Origin: an uncultured Chloroflexia bacterium
GTDB taxonomy: Bacteria > Chloroflexota > UBA6077 > JACCZL01
Direction: 5' to 3'
Assembly (NCBI GenBank): GCA_963765765.1
Contig: CAVXYC010000018.1
Span: 1 to 64,000, forward strand
DNA: 64,000 nt
Position numbers and translations under genes: made by a program. A model generated the notes under the pieces. It had not been told where the DNA came from and did not search any database. It saw only the letters and a list, made by a program, of their open reading frames with translations. Below are positions 40,914-51,363 of this stretch, one piece after another. Numbering within the stretch: the stretch's first letter is position 1; every line of letters starts with the position of its first letter.

Positions 40914-42936
40914 TTACACGGCAAGCATCCGCGCCGCGACCAGCTCTCCCCCGTCAAACCCTTCCACGCGTATCAAGTGCGCACCTGGCACTCCCGAGAC
41001 GGTGAACGTTGCCGCGCCGCCAACGACATCAGCGGTGCCACGCGGACGGCTATCCACGTAAAGGTCCACGCGAGCAACATTCGTCGCCTGCACACCGACC
41101 GTCAAGGCTCCTGCCGCATTCATCGTCGCCGTTACCTCGAGCCGCCGCACCGGCATCGCGGCCAGCATCTCACCAGCCCGGTTCAACAGATCGACATTCC
41201 CGTTGATCACGTCGTTCCTGGTCAGCAGATGACGCTTGTCGGGCGTGACCCCGAGATCTTCCACCGGAGTCCCCGCGGATGCCCCGACCCGTAATGTGCG
41301 TCGAATCGACACGCGCATGTTGGCGTTTTTCGGCAATTGTTTGTACGGCGAAGCCGTATCTGCCGGCGCCACCGCTAGTAGAGTCCGCAGTAGCTCGTGC
41401 GTCCAGACGTTCGCTCCGCCGGCCCCGGTATTCTCATGGACACCGAGAATTTTGCCGACCTTGTGGTCCTTGAACCCGGCCGCGAAGATGTCGGTGGCTG
41501 AGTAGCACAGCGCGTTGGTGATCAGGATGACCGGTCCGAAATAGCGCTGGCCGATACCATTGGCTCCGGACGTTGGGGTGATCGAGAACCCACTCGAGAA
41601 CGCTGCGCCGGTCTCGGTAGCCTGCTCCATCGAGGGAAACCAGGGTCCCAGGTCGATCTGACCCGTTGGATCGTCCTTGTGCTTGCGAACGATCCGTAGA
41701 TTTAGCGGCGTGTTGATGAACTGCGTCGGCTCGGGCTCGATACGTCTCGGACAGAGTGTCTGAAGCAGAAACTCGCTCGCGTAGATATGTCCGCCGCCAT
41801 TTCCCCGCACGTCAAGGATCAACCCGTTCTGCGGAAGCAGCTCAACGAGCCGGACGAACTCCGCCACAAACGCATCCGGATCATCGACGCTGAAGGTGAA
41901 GATGCGGATGTGACCGAACGTACCGGACGGGGTCGTGACAGTCCGCGCTCGAAACACGCCAGGCATGGTCGAGGAGATATCGGCACCCTGAAGTGCCTCC
42001 TGGACATCGCCGGTGGCCGCCCTCGCCTCGGCAGCAACAACCTGCGGTGCAAACAGCATCTTCTTCGCGCGACTTGCCTCGTCCAGGTCGATATCGAGGC
42101 CCAACGAAGTGGAAGTCACGCTCACGTCGTTGACGTTGCCGACGAACGACGGCAGATTCTCCGAAACCAGCCACTTCTCTCGCAACTCACGCGCGGTCCC
42201 ATCGGTGCCTACATAGCTCACCGTCACCCACTCTTCGTCCGGCGGGAGGTGCGACCGAAGTGGGCGAATCGTGAGCGACTCCACGCCGCGCGCACGACGG
42301 GCTGCCGCGTTGCTTCCGGCAAACCGGGCCGCGTGAATGTCGACGGCTCGGGCAATCGGGATTCCCGACCAATGCGTGACCTCGGCTCCTGAGCCGAAAC
42401 CCGGCGCTGAGAAGCCCGAGACAACGTGGGTGATCAGGAAGCGAGGCTTCCCCGGCCTGAAAGTACTCCTCCACCAGGAATGGCAGGTACGCCACTTTCC
42501 CGCGGAATGGATCCGGCAACAGGTAGTTGGTGTGCAGATCACGCACGGAGTGGAAGATCTCGGCCATCTCGGCGTGGAACATCCACTCGGGGTCCATTGT
42601 CGCGGTCTTTTGGCGCTCGAGTCTCGTCCGAAGAAGCTGGAGCCGTTGGACCGGATTGACGGCGTACATCGCGGCCTTGAGCGGAAGGTGCACGTAGTTC
42701 TGTTGAAAGAGCACCAGCGCCTGATCTACCAGCAGCTTACGCTCGTTGAATGTCAACGTCCCTGCGGTACGCAGGAAGTCGGGCAACTCCACCGACGCAG
42801 CGAGATGATCTCGAATCGGCGCGGCCACATCCGCCAGAAATGATGCCGCGAGCTTAACCCGTCCTGAACCGGCTGCACGGGATCCATCGCTGGATTTCCG
42901 TCGTGAGGGGCGCCTCGCCCTTGTCTGCGTTGCCAT
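40914..42936 (-). CDS. S41 family peptidase (CPAF-like), frameshifted near 42500-42440
   Basis: NYVHLPLK, RDLHTNY, GHIRIFTF, LDVRGNGGG, CYSATDIF, TGAGGANV and VEDLGVTPD motifs. Confidence 0.85.
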
Positions 42937-43299
42937 GATGACCTCCTGCCCAAGCAAGGTTCCCGGGAAGCGTACTCGTTACGTCAAAGTGGGCAATCAG
43001 CCATTAGGGGGATTTCGACAGCCCATTCCGGCGGGATTGATGCCAGCCTCCTCCCCGAAGTCATCGCGAGTAGGAGCGCCATTCGGGTGGGCTGAAGGGT
43101 CGCGGACCAACTGAGCCGGCGACGGCCGAAGACGATGTCAGAACGCTTCCCCGACGATTCCACCCCGCGGAATTTCGAACATTGCCCTGCTACGGTCAGG
43201 GACCCTTTCGCAAGTGCACCAAGCGGGTACGGATTACGTACCATGGAAGACAGCGTTATGGCTGAACAGCAGTCGATTTTTCATATCAATTACGAGGAG

Positions 43300-43489
43300 C
43301 GCCCGCCGCCGTTGGTTACGGTCCCAACACCTACCAGCGAATCCACCGTTTCCAGCATGCGCTGTCTATCGCCGAAGTCCAATGAGCCGGTGCACAAATC
43401 TTGCCTGGCTTGCCGGCGAGGCCGGCTACACAGACCAGGCGCACATGGCTCGGGAGACGTCCGACCTCTCGGGTCGGTCGCCCACGTAA
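43300..43489 (+). pseudogene. AraC-family regulator C-terminal HTH remnant
   Basis: AVGYGPNTYQRIHRFQHAL in one frame, then LAWLAGEAGYTDQAHMARE..LSGRSP in another. No N-terminal domain seen. Confidence 0.7.
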
Positions 43490-43640
43490 TTGATCCCGCG
43501 GGCCTATAGCACGCTCATCATGGCTTCCCTGATTGCGACGGAGCCGAGCAACGATGAGAATCCGAATGCTAAGAGCGGACCGCCGGTATAGTTCCATCTC
43601 AGGTTGATCAGTCAGCCGCGCTGGATGAGAGGTGGAGGCA

Positions 43641-44510
43641 ATGAAGTTTGGCGTGGGATTTCCACATGATCAGACGATGCTCGATCCGGGCGCCGTGCGT
43701 GCGCTTGCGCAGGCGATCGAGGGGCTCGGCTACAGCTTTCTCACCGCCTCGGACCATGTGGTCGGCGCGGATTTGACCAATCGGCCTGACTGGAAGCTAC
43801 CGCACTCGCTCGCCAACATCAACCGCGAGCCCCTGATGCTTCTGAGCTACATCGCGGCGTGTACAGAGCGGATTGTCCTGGGAACATCCGTCGTGATCAT
43901 GCCGCAGCGTCAAACTGCGCTGGTGGCCAAGCAGATGGCGGAGCTTGACATTCTGAGCGGCGGACGAGCCATGCTGGGTGTCGGCGTGGGTCGCGTGGAA
44001 CTGGAATACAAGACGCTCAACGAAGACTTCAAGACTCGCGGACGCCGACTCGAGCAGCAGATCAAGGTGCTTCGTGCATTCTGGACGGAGCGATCGGTTT
44101 CAATCGAAGACGAGTGGCACCATATCGATGCGGTCGGGATCAATCCGTTGCCAATCCAGCAGCCAATCCCTATCTGGATGGGAGCATCCGCGGAGCCTGC
44201 CCTGAAGCGGATTGCCCGACTAGCGGACGGATGGCTTCCCAGCAGCAGTACTGCCGCGGACTTCCCCAGTCTGCTCGAACGGTTTAAAGGGTGGATGCGT
44301 GAAGCTGGCCGTGACCCATCGTCCATAGCTATCGCGCCGCGCATGGAAGTCGATCCCTCGAATGCCAATTCCTGGGCTGAGCAGGTTCAAAGTTGGGACG
44401 CATTGGGCGTGACTCACCTCGGCGTCAACCTGGGCAGAGGTGTAAGCCAGTCCGTAGACGCACGAATCGACGTGCTGCGTCAGTTCGCCGAGACCGTGAA
44501 AATCAAATAG
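43641..44510 (+). CDS. LLM class flavin/F420-dependent oxidoreductase
   Basis: DHVVG, LGTSVVIMPQRQTALVAKQMAELDILSGGR, PIPIWMG and RLADGWLP motifs. Confidence 0.9.
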   Translation: MKFGVGFPHDQTMLDPGAVRALAQAIEGLGYSFLTASDHVVGADLTNRPDWKLPHSLANINREPLMLLSYIAACTERIVLGTSVVIMPQRQTALVAKQMAELDILSGGRAMLGVGVGRVELEYKTLNEDFKTRGRRLEQQIKVLRAFWTERSVSIEDEWHHIDAVGINPLPIQQPIPIWMGASAEPALKRIARLADGWLPSSSTAADFPSLLERFKGWMREAGRDPSSIAIAPRMEVDPSNANSWAEQVQSWDALGVTHLGVNLGRGVSQSVDARIDVLRQFAETVKIK

Positions 44511-44520
44511 CGCTGTTTAC

Positions 44521-44559
44521 CCATGAGTAGCAATGGCCAAAGGCCATTGCTACTCATGG
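44521..44559. terminator. Perfect 18-bp-stem hairpin between convergent genes
   Basis: ccatgagtagcaatggcc-aaa-ggccattgctactcatgg. Confidence 0.75.
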
Positions 44560-44566
44560 ATGGGCG

Positions 44567-45784
44567 CTAGCTCGGAGTCTCCGCTTTCACCATCGAGTCA
44601 ATGCGATCGATCAGGTCCTTTGGCGTCTGCATGTACTCCGTCACGAGCTGCTGCAGGCGATCCCCCGGGATGTGATCGATATCGAATCTGAGCTGGGCGG
44701 CATCCTGCAAGAGCTCGGGGTCAGACATCGTCTCCGTCAACGCTGCTCGCATTCCAGCGAGCACGTTCGGAGGCGTCGACGGTGAGACGATGAACGGTCG
44801 AAACCACTCCAGCGGACGTTCAGTCAGTGTCAGGCTTTGACGCGCCTCGGGTGCCCCGTTTGCCATCAGCTCACGTGCAGCCGGAGCGTTTGCCAGTAAC
44901 GGGTCGTTGAGCTTCGGCCCTACCTGGACGAGCGGAACGATTGCGCCAGAGCGAAGGTCGTCACCCTTTTGCTGAAGGGCTGAGTCCCAGGGAAGAAACA
45001 TCGCATCGACCTCTCCGCGATCGATGCCCAGGGCAATCTCGCGAGTCCCTGTGTAGCCGAAGATCGGCGTACCGATCTGCCAGCCAAGTCCTTCGCGCAG
45101 TGTGAGGTTGATACGATGACCTACCCCGCCGGGGGACTGATCACCAATGCGAATAGACTTCCCGGCGAGATCCGCGCCGGCCCTAACTCCGGTTCGGCTG
45201 TGTACCAGGAGCACATAAGTGGTGGAGCCAGCCGAGCCCAGCCAATTGATCTTGGTTGCGTCGTACCGAATGGCCTCCCGCTCATCGCCAGCCTGGAGCT
45301 GGAACGTGGGAATGTCAGGGCTCACCTCGCCGATGTTGAGGCCATCGCCCGGAGCTTGATAGATCTGGTTCGTAGCTACCACGCTCACCGCACCGGGAAC
45401 ATTCTGCACGACCACTGTTGGCGTTCCCGGAAGGTGCCTTCCCAGGTGTCGAGCCACCAGCCGCGCCCATGCGTCATGACCGCCTCCGGGGGGCTGACCA
45501 ACAATCATGTTCACGGTTTTCCCCTGCCACACCGATGCGAGAGCGGGGTCAGGTCGGGCCGGTGCAGCCGCCGCGGCCTGCGGGGATGCGGCCGGTGACG
45601 CCGCTGGTGCAGCGCCTGGAGATGGCGCGGTCGCGGGCGATGAAGCTGCCGCCGGCGAAGTAGCTGCCGTCGGCTTAGCGGGTGCAGCCGTCGGCGCCGC
45701 GGCGGGACTTGCGCATGCCGCCAGGATCAGACTCAAGCCACCTAGCAGGGCCGAGCGCATCGTCAAACCATTCCATGTGCTCAC
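44567..45784 (-). CDS. Bug/TctC tripartite tricarboxylate transporter substrate-binding lipoprotein
   Basis: Lipobox LAAC, PAAS-rich linker, PPGGGHDAWAR, VVQNVPGA and YTGT..I.L..DRGEVD motifs. Confidence 0.9.
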   Translation of the reverse strand: MSTWNGLTMRSALLGGLSLILAACASPAAAPTAAPAKPTAATSPAAASSPATAPSPGAAPAASPAASPQAAAAAPARPDPALASVWQGKTVNMIVGQPPGGGHDAWARLVARHLGRHLPGTPTVVVQNVPGAVSVVATNQIYQAPGDGLNIGEVSPDIPTFQLQAGDEREAIRYDATKINWLGSAGSTTYVLLVHSRTGVRAGADLAGKSIRIGDQSPGGVGHRINLTLREGLGWQIGTPIFGYTGTREIALGIDRGEVDAMFLPWDSALQQKGDDLRSGAIVPLVQVGPKLNDPLLANAPAARELMANGAPEARQSLTLTERPLEWFRPFIVSPSTPPNVLAGMRAALTETMSDPELLQDAAQLRFDIDHIPGDRLQQLVTEYMQTPKDLIDRIDSMVKAETPS

Positions 45785-45896
45785 AGGCTATTAACTCACC
45801 TTCCGAATGAAATCAATAGCCGAGTGTACGAAATCTGGGAGTGACTGATCTGAATTGGTTCACTGGTTAGGAAGACATATGAGTCTGGGGAAGTTA

Positions 45897-45932
45897 GAAA
45901 GGGCCTCTGGCGCAAGCGCCAGTGGCCCTTTC
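45897..45932 (-). terminator. Intrinsic terminator-like hairpin after the cupin gene
   Basis: gaaagggcctctggcgc-aa-gcgccagtggccctttc. Confidence 0.65.
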
Positions 45933-45952
45933 TTACAACTAGAGGAGCGAGA

Positions 45953-47171
45953 TTACTTCTCGTCGCCCCAGGCGCCTGCCTTTGTCGGACCTTCGATGCC
46001 CGTGCAATACGGGATGTAGCCCTTCATCCGGACACTGGATGCCGCGCTCGGCGAGCTCTTTCTCGAAGATCTCGTGGACGATGCGCTCCTCGTCCTCGTA
46101 CTCAACCTGGATGCCGCCCTTCTTGACACTCAGATCGGCGGTGTTGCGGTCCGTGGCGTCATTGGCAGTCCATCGGCTCATGGCATAGCGACGAGCCGGG
46201 TGCACACCGAGAACGAGGTACTCAGCCGGGGTCGCGCCAACGTTGAAGTGCTGGTGCAGCCACGTGCCAGGGCCTGCGCCCGAGATGTACATGCTGCCCT
46301 CTTGCCAGTCGCACTTGACGAACTCCTCACCCTCGCGGCGCATGAGCACGTAGCCCTCACCCTGGGTGATGTAGAGGTGCGCTGTTGGGCCGTGCCAGTG
46401 ACCCTTCTTGTACGTGCCTGACTGGAAGCGGGACACGTGCGAGTTGATGGCGCCGCCAGCGAGCATGAAAAACGCGTTCGTTCCGCCGCCGCCGCGCTCT
46501 TTCCACTCCCAGAGTCGCATTTCGCGCATGTTGGGGACGAAGTTCGTCTCCCAGATGCGGCCGCGATACAGCTTGCCCTGGCCGTCGAAGTAGTTGCCCT
46601 CGCCACCGAAGCGATCTTTGAAGTCGTAGTCGCAACCGAAGACGAAGTCCTCATTGCCGTGGAACTGTCGAATGATCGCGGGGCAATTGGTGACCGAGAA
46701 GAACCGGCAGGGCTCCGTGCCGCTACCGTTGTGGTACTGCACAGTGGCGTTGAGTGGGATTGCGAAGAACGCGCCCTCGCCAAATTCAAACGTCGTCTTG
46801 GCGCCGTCTCTCTGCGAGATCGTGCACGCCCCGCGGCCGTTCAGAATGTAGACAGCCTCGTCGTACATGTGGTGCTCGGGGATGGTCGATTTTCCCGGGG
46901 GGATCTCGACGACGTGCTCGTCGGTGTTGTCATCGCCATCCAGGTAGCAGTGCGCGCCCAGCACGCCCTTGCGGGGCCAGGGGCCCACTTCCATCGTCTT
47001 GAGGTTGCGATGGTACACGCCACCAACCAGTGGCACGCCTTCCCTCTTGCGCCACTCCTGAAAGGTGTCGACTCTCTCCAGATACGGGGCCTCCGCGGCT
47101 TCACCCGTGTACTGGTTTTCATTCGTGAATATCTGGTTGGTATTCGCGTTAGTTACTGCATTAGATGCCAA
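45953..47171 (-). CDS. Bicupin protein (paralog of 53043-54257), frameshift near C-terminus
   Basis: EHHMYDE, FEFGEGAFFAIPLN, YKKGHWH, WLHQHFN and GGIQVEYEDE motifs. TTG start after gaggag. Confidence 0.8.
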
Positions 47172-47451
47172 GGTGCTCTCCTCACTCCCCGTTTGCCCTC
47201 TGCGCGGGACTCCCACATCTGAGCGCACCGGGTTCGTATTTTGCTCGAATGTACCGAGTCTCAGCGCATCAGTCCTTTCGAATACTCGCCCTCCTCTGGC
47301 AGTCAAGAATAATTGGTCAGGTTCTACTCTAGTACGACAGGCCAAAGAGCGCAAATCCCCATCGTCAGCGTAATAAACATTCCAATGAGTTCAGTTGCCA
47401 GAGGCGCGGTCACGCGTTAGCCTTCTGAACACCGCAGACCAGGAGGCAGTC

Positions 47452-48546
47452 ATGAATCGTTATCGCGCCGACCAGGTTGGCAGTCTGCTACGACCGGCTT
47501 CGGTGCTCGCGGCCAGGGCGGCCCGCGAACGAGATGAGATCGGGCAGGCAGAGCTTCGACGGGTAGAGGACGCGGCGATCCTGGAGACGCTCGAGATGCA
47601 GCGCGCCACGGGCATCGACGTGCTTTCCGATGGCGAATTCCGGCGGGGAAGCTGGCTCACGTCCATGGCTCAGTCCGTGGAGGGGTTCGTGCCGGCAAGC
47701 ACGATGCTGCACTGGCACGGTCCCGGCGGCGGGGAGGAGGCCAGCACCTCTCAGATTGTCGGCGCGCCGCTACGCAAGCGGCAGCGGCTCACCGAGATCG
47801 AGTCTGGGTTCCTGGGCCAGTACGCCAACGGCCCGTACAAGGTGACCTTTCCCAGCCCAGCGGTGTTTCAGGTGTCCAGCTTCCGCTCCGGCGTCACCGA
47901 TCAGGTCTACCCAACTCGACGCGCCTTACTAGAAGCGCTGGCACCCATCGTTCGAGCCGAAATCGAGGCCCTGGTCGCTGAAGGGACCCCGTACATCCAA
48001 TTGGACGATCCGTTCTTGACTGTCTATCTCGATCCCGAGGTTCGAGAGCGCATGACTCGAGACGGCCGAAATCTCGAAGTAGAAATCCAGGATGGTATCG
48101 ACGTCGTCAACGCCTGCCTTGACGGCCTGGACCGCCCAAACACAGTGATAGGCTTGCACATTTGTCGCGGTAACTCGAAGAGCCGTTGGTTCACCAACGG
48201 CGGGTACGAGCCGATTGCCGATCGGGTGTTCAGCTCCTTGCACGTTGACCGATTCCTTCTGGAGTTCGACGACGAGCGCTCCGGTGGCTTCGAGCCGCTG
48301 CGCTTCATGCCCGCGGGGAAAACGGCGGTGTTAGGCCTTGTGACCACCAAGCGGCCAGACCTCGAGAGCATGGATGAGCTCCGTCGATCCATCGATCAGG
48401 CGGCCCGATACGCCACCATGGAAGATCTAGCACTCAGCCCGCAGTGCGGTTTTGCCTCGGTCGCAACAGGTAATCTCGTCTCGGCTGATGATCAGCGTCG
48501 CAAGCTGGAGCTAGTGGTGGAAACGGCAAGGTCAGTCTGGGGCTGA
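47452..48546 (+). CDS. Cobalamin-independent methionine synthase II family (Meth_synt_2) Zn protein
   Basis: RADQVGSLLRP, SDGEFRR, YIQLDDP, LHICRGN, LEFDDERSG and LSPQCGFAS motifs. Single domain. Confidence 0.88.
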   Translation: MNRYRADQVGSLLRPASVLAARAARERDEIGQAELRRVEDAAILETLEMQRATGIDVLSDGEFRRGSWLTSMAQSVEGFVPASTMLHWHGPGGGEEASTSQIVGAPLRKRQRLTEIESGFLGQYANGPYKVTFPSPAVFQVSSFRSGVTDQVYPTRRALLEALAPIVRAEIEALVAEGTPYIQLDDPFLTVYLDPEVRERMTRDGRNLEVEIQDGIDVVNACLDGLDRPNTVIGLHICRGNSKSRWFTNGGYEPIADRVFSSLHVDRFLLEFDDERSGGFEPLRFMPAGKTAVLGLVTTKRPDLESMDELRRSIDQAARYATMEDLALSPQCGFASVATGNLVSADDQRRKLELVVETARSVWG

Positions 48547-48656
48547 GGCGGGAGACATGCGGCCCGGGCGCCGGACGGTGCCCTTCCGCGGAGGATCTCC
48601 TGCCCCATAGCGCTTCCCTGGTAGGGTGCGGATACTGCCCGGTCGTGTTGGCGGCT

Positions 48657-48848
48657 CTATTGCCAGCAGGACTTTAGCCCGCACATCGTACAGACCAGGG
48701 TGCGATCCGGCTCCACGGTCGCCTGCGAGTCGGACTCGCGCTTCGCGGTGCTCACGAGCGTCGGGTTGGTCCGCGCATCATGCTCCGATTGTGTGGACCG
48801 AGCGTCGTCTTTCACCGAGGACGTGTGAGTGTGGCGACTCGCCATCAT
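48657..48848 (-). CDS. Hypothetical 63-aa protein with Cys-rich C-terminus
   Basis: ATG immediately follows the hydrolase stop codon. Ends VCTMCGLKSCWQ. Confidence 0.45.
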   Translation of the reverse strand: MMASRHTHTSSVKDDARSTQSEHDARTNPTLVSTAKRESDSQATVEPDRTLVCTMCGLKSCWQ

Positions 48849-49586
48849 TCAGCTCGCCAGCGCGGGCGCATTGGCTCGCAGGAAGCTGCGAACACGCTCC
48901 GTGGCGCTTGCCACCGAAGCGTCATCACGCCAGTTCTCCACGCGCTCAATATCGGGGACGAGCGCTGCAATCTCATTCGACGTGCCTTTGGGGTGCGGCT
49001 TATCGTCGCCATCCAGGAGCAGCAACGGGGTTTGAACGGTTCTCAAGAACTCTCGATCCACACTGAAAGCGAATCCTGAGTCAAAGAGACCATGCCCGAA
49101 AGCGTCAACGTCCGCCATGGTGAACGAAGCGCCGTTCTGAATCAGGTTTTCACCCCACGGACGCCACATTGCTTCGCCAAAGTAGCCCGGATTGGTCTCG
49201 TCTTCGCCAATCGGTTGCATCAGCACACCCGCCACAATACGGTTAGGGTGCCGCTTCACCTGCTCGAGAATGAACGAGCAGCCGATGCAGCAGCCAATCA
49301 TCAGCGCCTTATCCACGCCCACGTCATCGAGCACCGCCACCTGGTCGTCGGCGTACATGCCCCAGGGATCGCGTGTGTCCAATGGCCCACTGGAGCGGTC
49401 GGCATTACGCTGATCCATCGCAATGACCTGGAACTCATCCTTGAAAAGCTCGAGCGGCCGAAGCGGAAGCCGCTCCCAGAAAGTAATCGTGGAATTCAGG
49501 CCGCCGGGCGCCAGCAAGAGAAGCGGAAAACCGCTGCCGTGGACTTCGTAGTAAATCTTTGCGCCATCGCGCTCGACGTAGGGCAT
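48849..49586 (-). CDS. Alpha/beta hydrolase with Cys at the nucleophile position
   Basis: IYYEVHGSG, AMDQRN, GCCIG elbow and GDDKPH motifs. Confidence 0.85.
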   Translation of the reverse strand: MPYVERDGAKIYYEVHGSGFPLLLLAPGGLNSTITFWERLPLRPLELFKDEFQVIAMDQRNADRSSGPLDTRDPWGMYADDQVAVLDDVGVDKALMIGCCIGCSFILEQVKRHPNRIVAGVLMQPIGEDETNPGYFGEAMWRPWGENLIQNGASFTMADVDAFGHGLFDSGFAFSVDREFLRTVQTPLLLLDGDDKPHPKGTSNEIAALVPDIERVENWRDDASVASATERVRSFLRANAPALAS

Positions 49587-49671
49587 GGAACCACCTCCCC
49601 GATGCGGGTCAGCCTACCGGATCGAGAGAATGCACGCAATTGATGCAACCGCATTGGCAGAGCCCTGGAGG

Positions 49672-50745
49672 CTACAGTCCGTAGAGCGCTCGACCGTTGT
49701 CGTCCACGATCTTCTGGTACTGAGCTTCCGTGATCCCAGTGCGCTCTCGGAGGATCTGTAGGGCGTTCAGCTCGGTGGATGGATCGGTGTGACCGTAATC
49801 CGTCCCGATGACGAAGTTGTCGTCTCCGGCGTAGTCCAGGATGTACGGCACGTTGTCATCGACCTGAACCGTGACGAAGCAGTTCCATTGTTTCATCGGG
49901 TGCTCGGGTAGCTCCTCGCCACGCTGAGCAAAGCGCCGCACAAGATGCTTCACGGTGTATGGCACCCACTCCGCGGATGCCTCGATCCAGCCCCAGCGGA
50001 GCGTCGGGAACTGTTTCGGCACCTCGCTGCAGATCATCGCGTGGAATGCGCCCACTGTTCCCAGCCGCAGCGGCCAGAACCCGCCGCCAAAATGGTGCTG
50101 ACCCAGGAGGTCGTTGAACCAGGGATTGGCGCTGGCTACGTGCACGCCCATCGCCATGTTCAGCCGAACGGCCTCATCGAACATAGGGTAGAAGTACGGG
50201 TCGTGCATGAGCCGATTGCCCTCGAGCGGCCGCATGAACACCGCCACCGCCCCATGCTCATGGCACCAGCGTAGCTCTTCAAGGGACTCGCTCATACTGA
50301 GCAATGGCAGGACAGCCGTCCAGCGAAGTCGGTTGTCGCTCTGCTGCCAGATGTCCGCCATCCAGCGATTCCATCCCTGGCAAATGGCGATCTCGGCTCG
50401 GGGGTCATCGGTGACCTGCAGGATGAAGATGGTCGGGTAGAGCACCTGCACGTCGATACCGAGCTCATCCATGTGTCGAATGCGCACCGCCACGTTCTCC
50501 ATCTCGCGCGCTTCCTGCGGGCTTTCCATGTACCGACCGCCAACCCGGGTCAAAGCAGCGAACTTTTCGCTGGTCATCACCTGCCGGGCGAGGCCGCGAA
50601 TTTTGTCGCCCACCACCCAGTACTGAGTGCCGTCAGGACCATCGGGTGCCACAAGCTTCGGACGGTACTTGCGGTCGCCCGGCTCCATGAACTCCCAGGT
50701 CTGCTCCGATTCGACAACGTGCGCATCGCAATCAACGGTCGGCAT
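49672..50745 (-). CDS. Amidohydrolase family protein (Amidohydro_2)
   Basis: DCDAHVVE, QVLYPT, GVHVA, FPTLRWGWIEA and GTDYGH motifs. Confidence 0.9.
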   Translation of the reverse strand: MPTVDCDAHVVESEQTWEFMEPGDRKYRPKLVAPDGPDGTQYWVVGDKIRGLARQVMTSEKFAALTRVGGRYMESPQEAREMENVAVRIRHMDELGIDVQVLYPTIFILQVTDDPRAEIAICQGWNRWMADIWQQSDNRLRWTAVLPLLSMSESLEELRWCHEHGAVAVFMRPLEGNRLMHDPYFYPMFDEAVRLNMAMGVHVASANPWFNDLLGQHHFGGGFWPLRLGTVGAFHAMICSEVPKQFPTLRWGWIEASAEWVPYTVKHLVRRFAQRGEELPEHPMKQWNCFVTVQVDDNVPYILDYAGDDNFVIGTDYGHTDPSTELNALQILRERTGITEAQYQKIVDDNGRALYGL

Positions 50746-50883
50746 GAGACACGTGCTCCTGGATCTCTAAGCTGCGCCCGCGGCAGGCTCCTAGCATACC
50801 TCGGGCGCAGTTTGATGGCGTGGCTCGCGGAATGCAGATGACCTCTCACGCGTTCTCCGAGGTAAGTCCCGGGAGGGAATGTC

Positions 50884-51357
50884 ATGTTTACGATCAAACG
50901 TTTAAACCACGCGGTGCTGTACGTCCGCGACGCTCAGCGAAGCCATCAGTTTTACCGCGATGTCATGGGATTCCAGGTAGTGGAATCTATGGGTGAGCAG
51001 GCGGTCTTTCTCCGCGCCAGTGGAAGTGACAATCACCACGATCTGGGCCTCTTTGGCATCGGCCACAACGCGCCGCCGCCAACGCGCGGTCAACAGGTGG
51101 GCCTCTACCACCTGGCCTGGGAAGTTGCTGAGATTGAGGATCTCGCAAGGGCCAGACAGACGCTGCTGGAAGCCGGCGCACTCAGCGGCGAATCCGACCA
51201 CGGCAACAGTCTGAGCCTCTACGCACAGGACCCGGATGGCAACGAGTTCGAAGTGTTCTGGATGGTCCCGCGTGAGGAATGGGAATCGCGTGGATTTGGC
51301 ACGCGGCGACTGGATCTTGAAGGCGAGTTGGCCAGGCGAACGAGCGCGGTTGCCTGA
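50884..51357 (+). CDS. VOC/glyoxalase family protein (catechol 2,3-dioxygenase-like)
   Basis: LNHAVL, NHHDLGL, GLYHLAW and SLYAQDPDGNEFE motifs. Confidence 0.9.
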   Translation: MFTIKRLNHAVLYVRDAQRSHQFYRDVMGFQVVESMGEQAVFLRASGSDNHHDLGLFGIGHNAPPPTRGQQVGLYHLAWEVAEIEDLARARQTLLEAGALSGESDHGNSLSLYAQDPDGNEFEVFWMVPREEWESRGFGTRRLDLEGELARRTSAVA

Positions 51358-51363
51358 ATTTGC

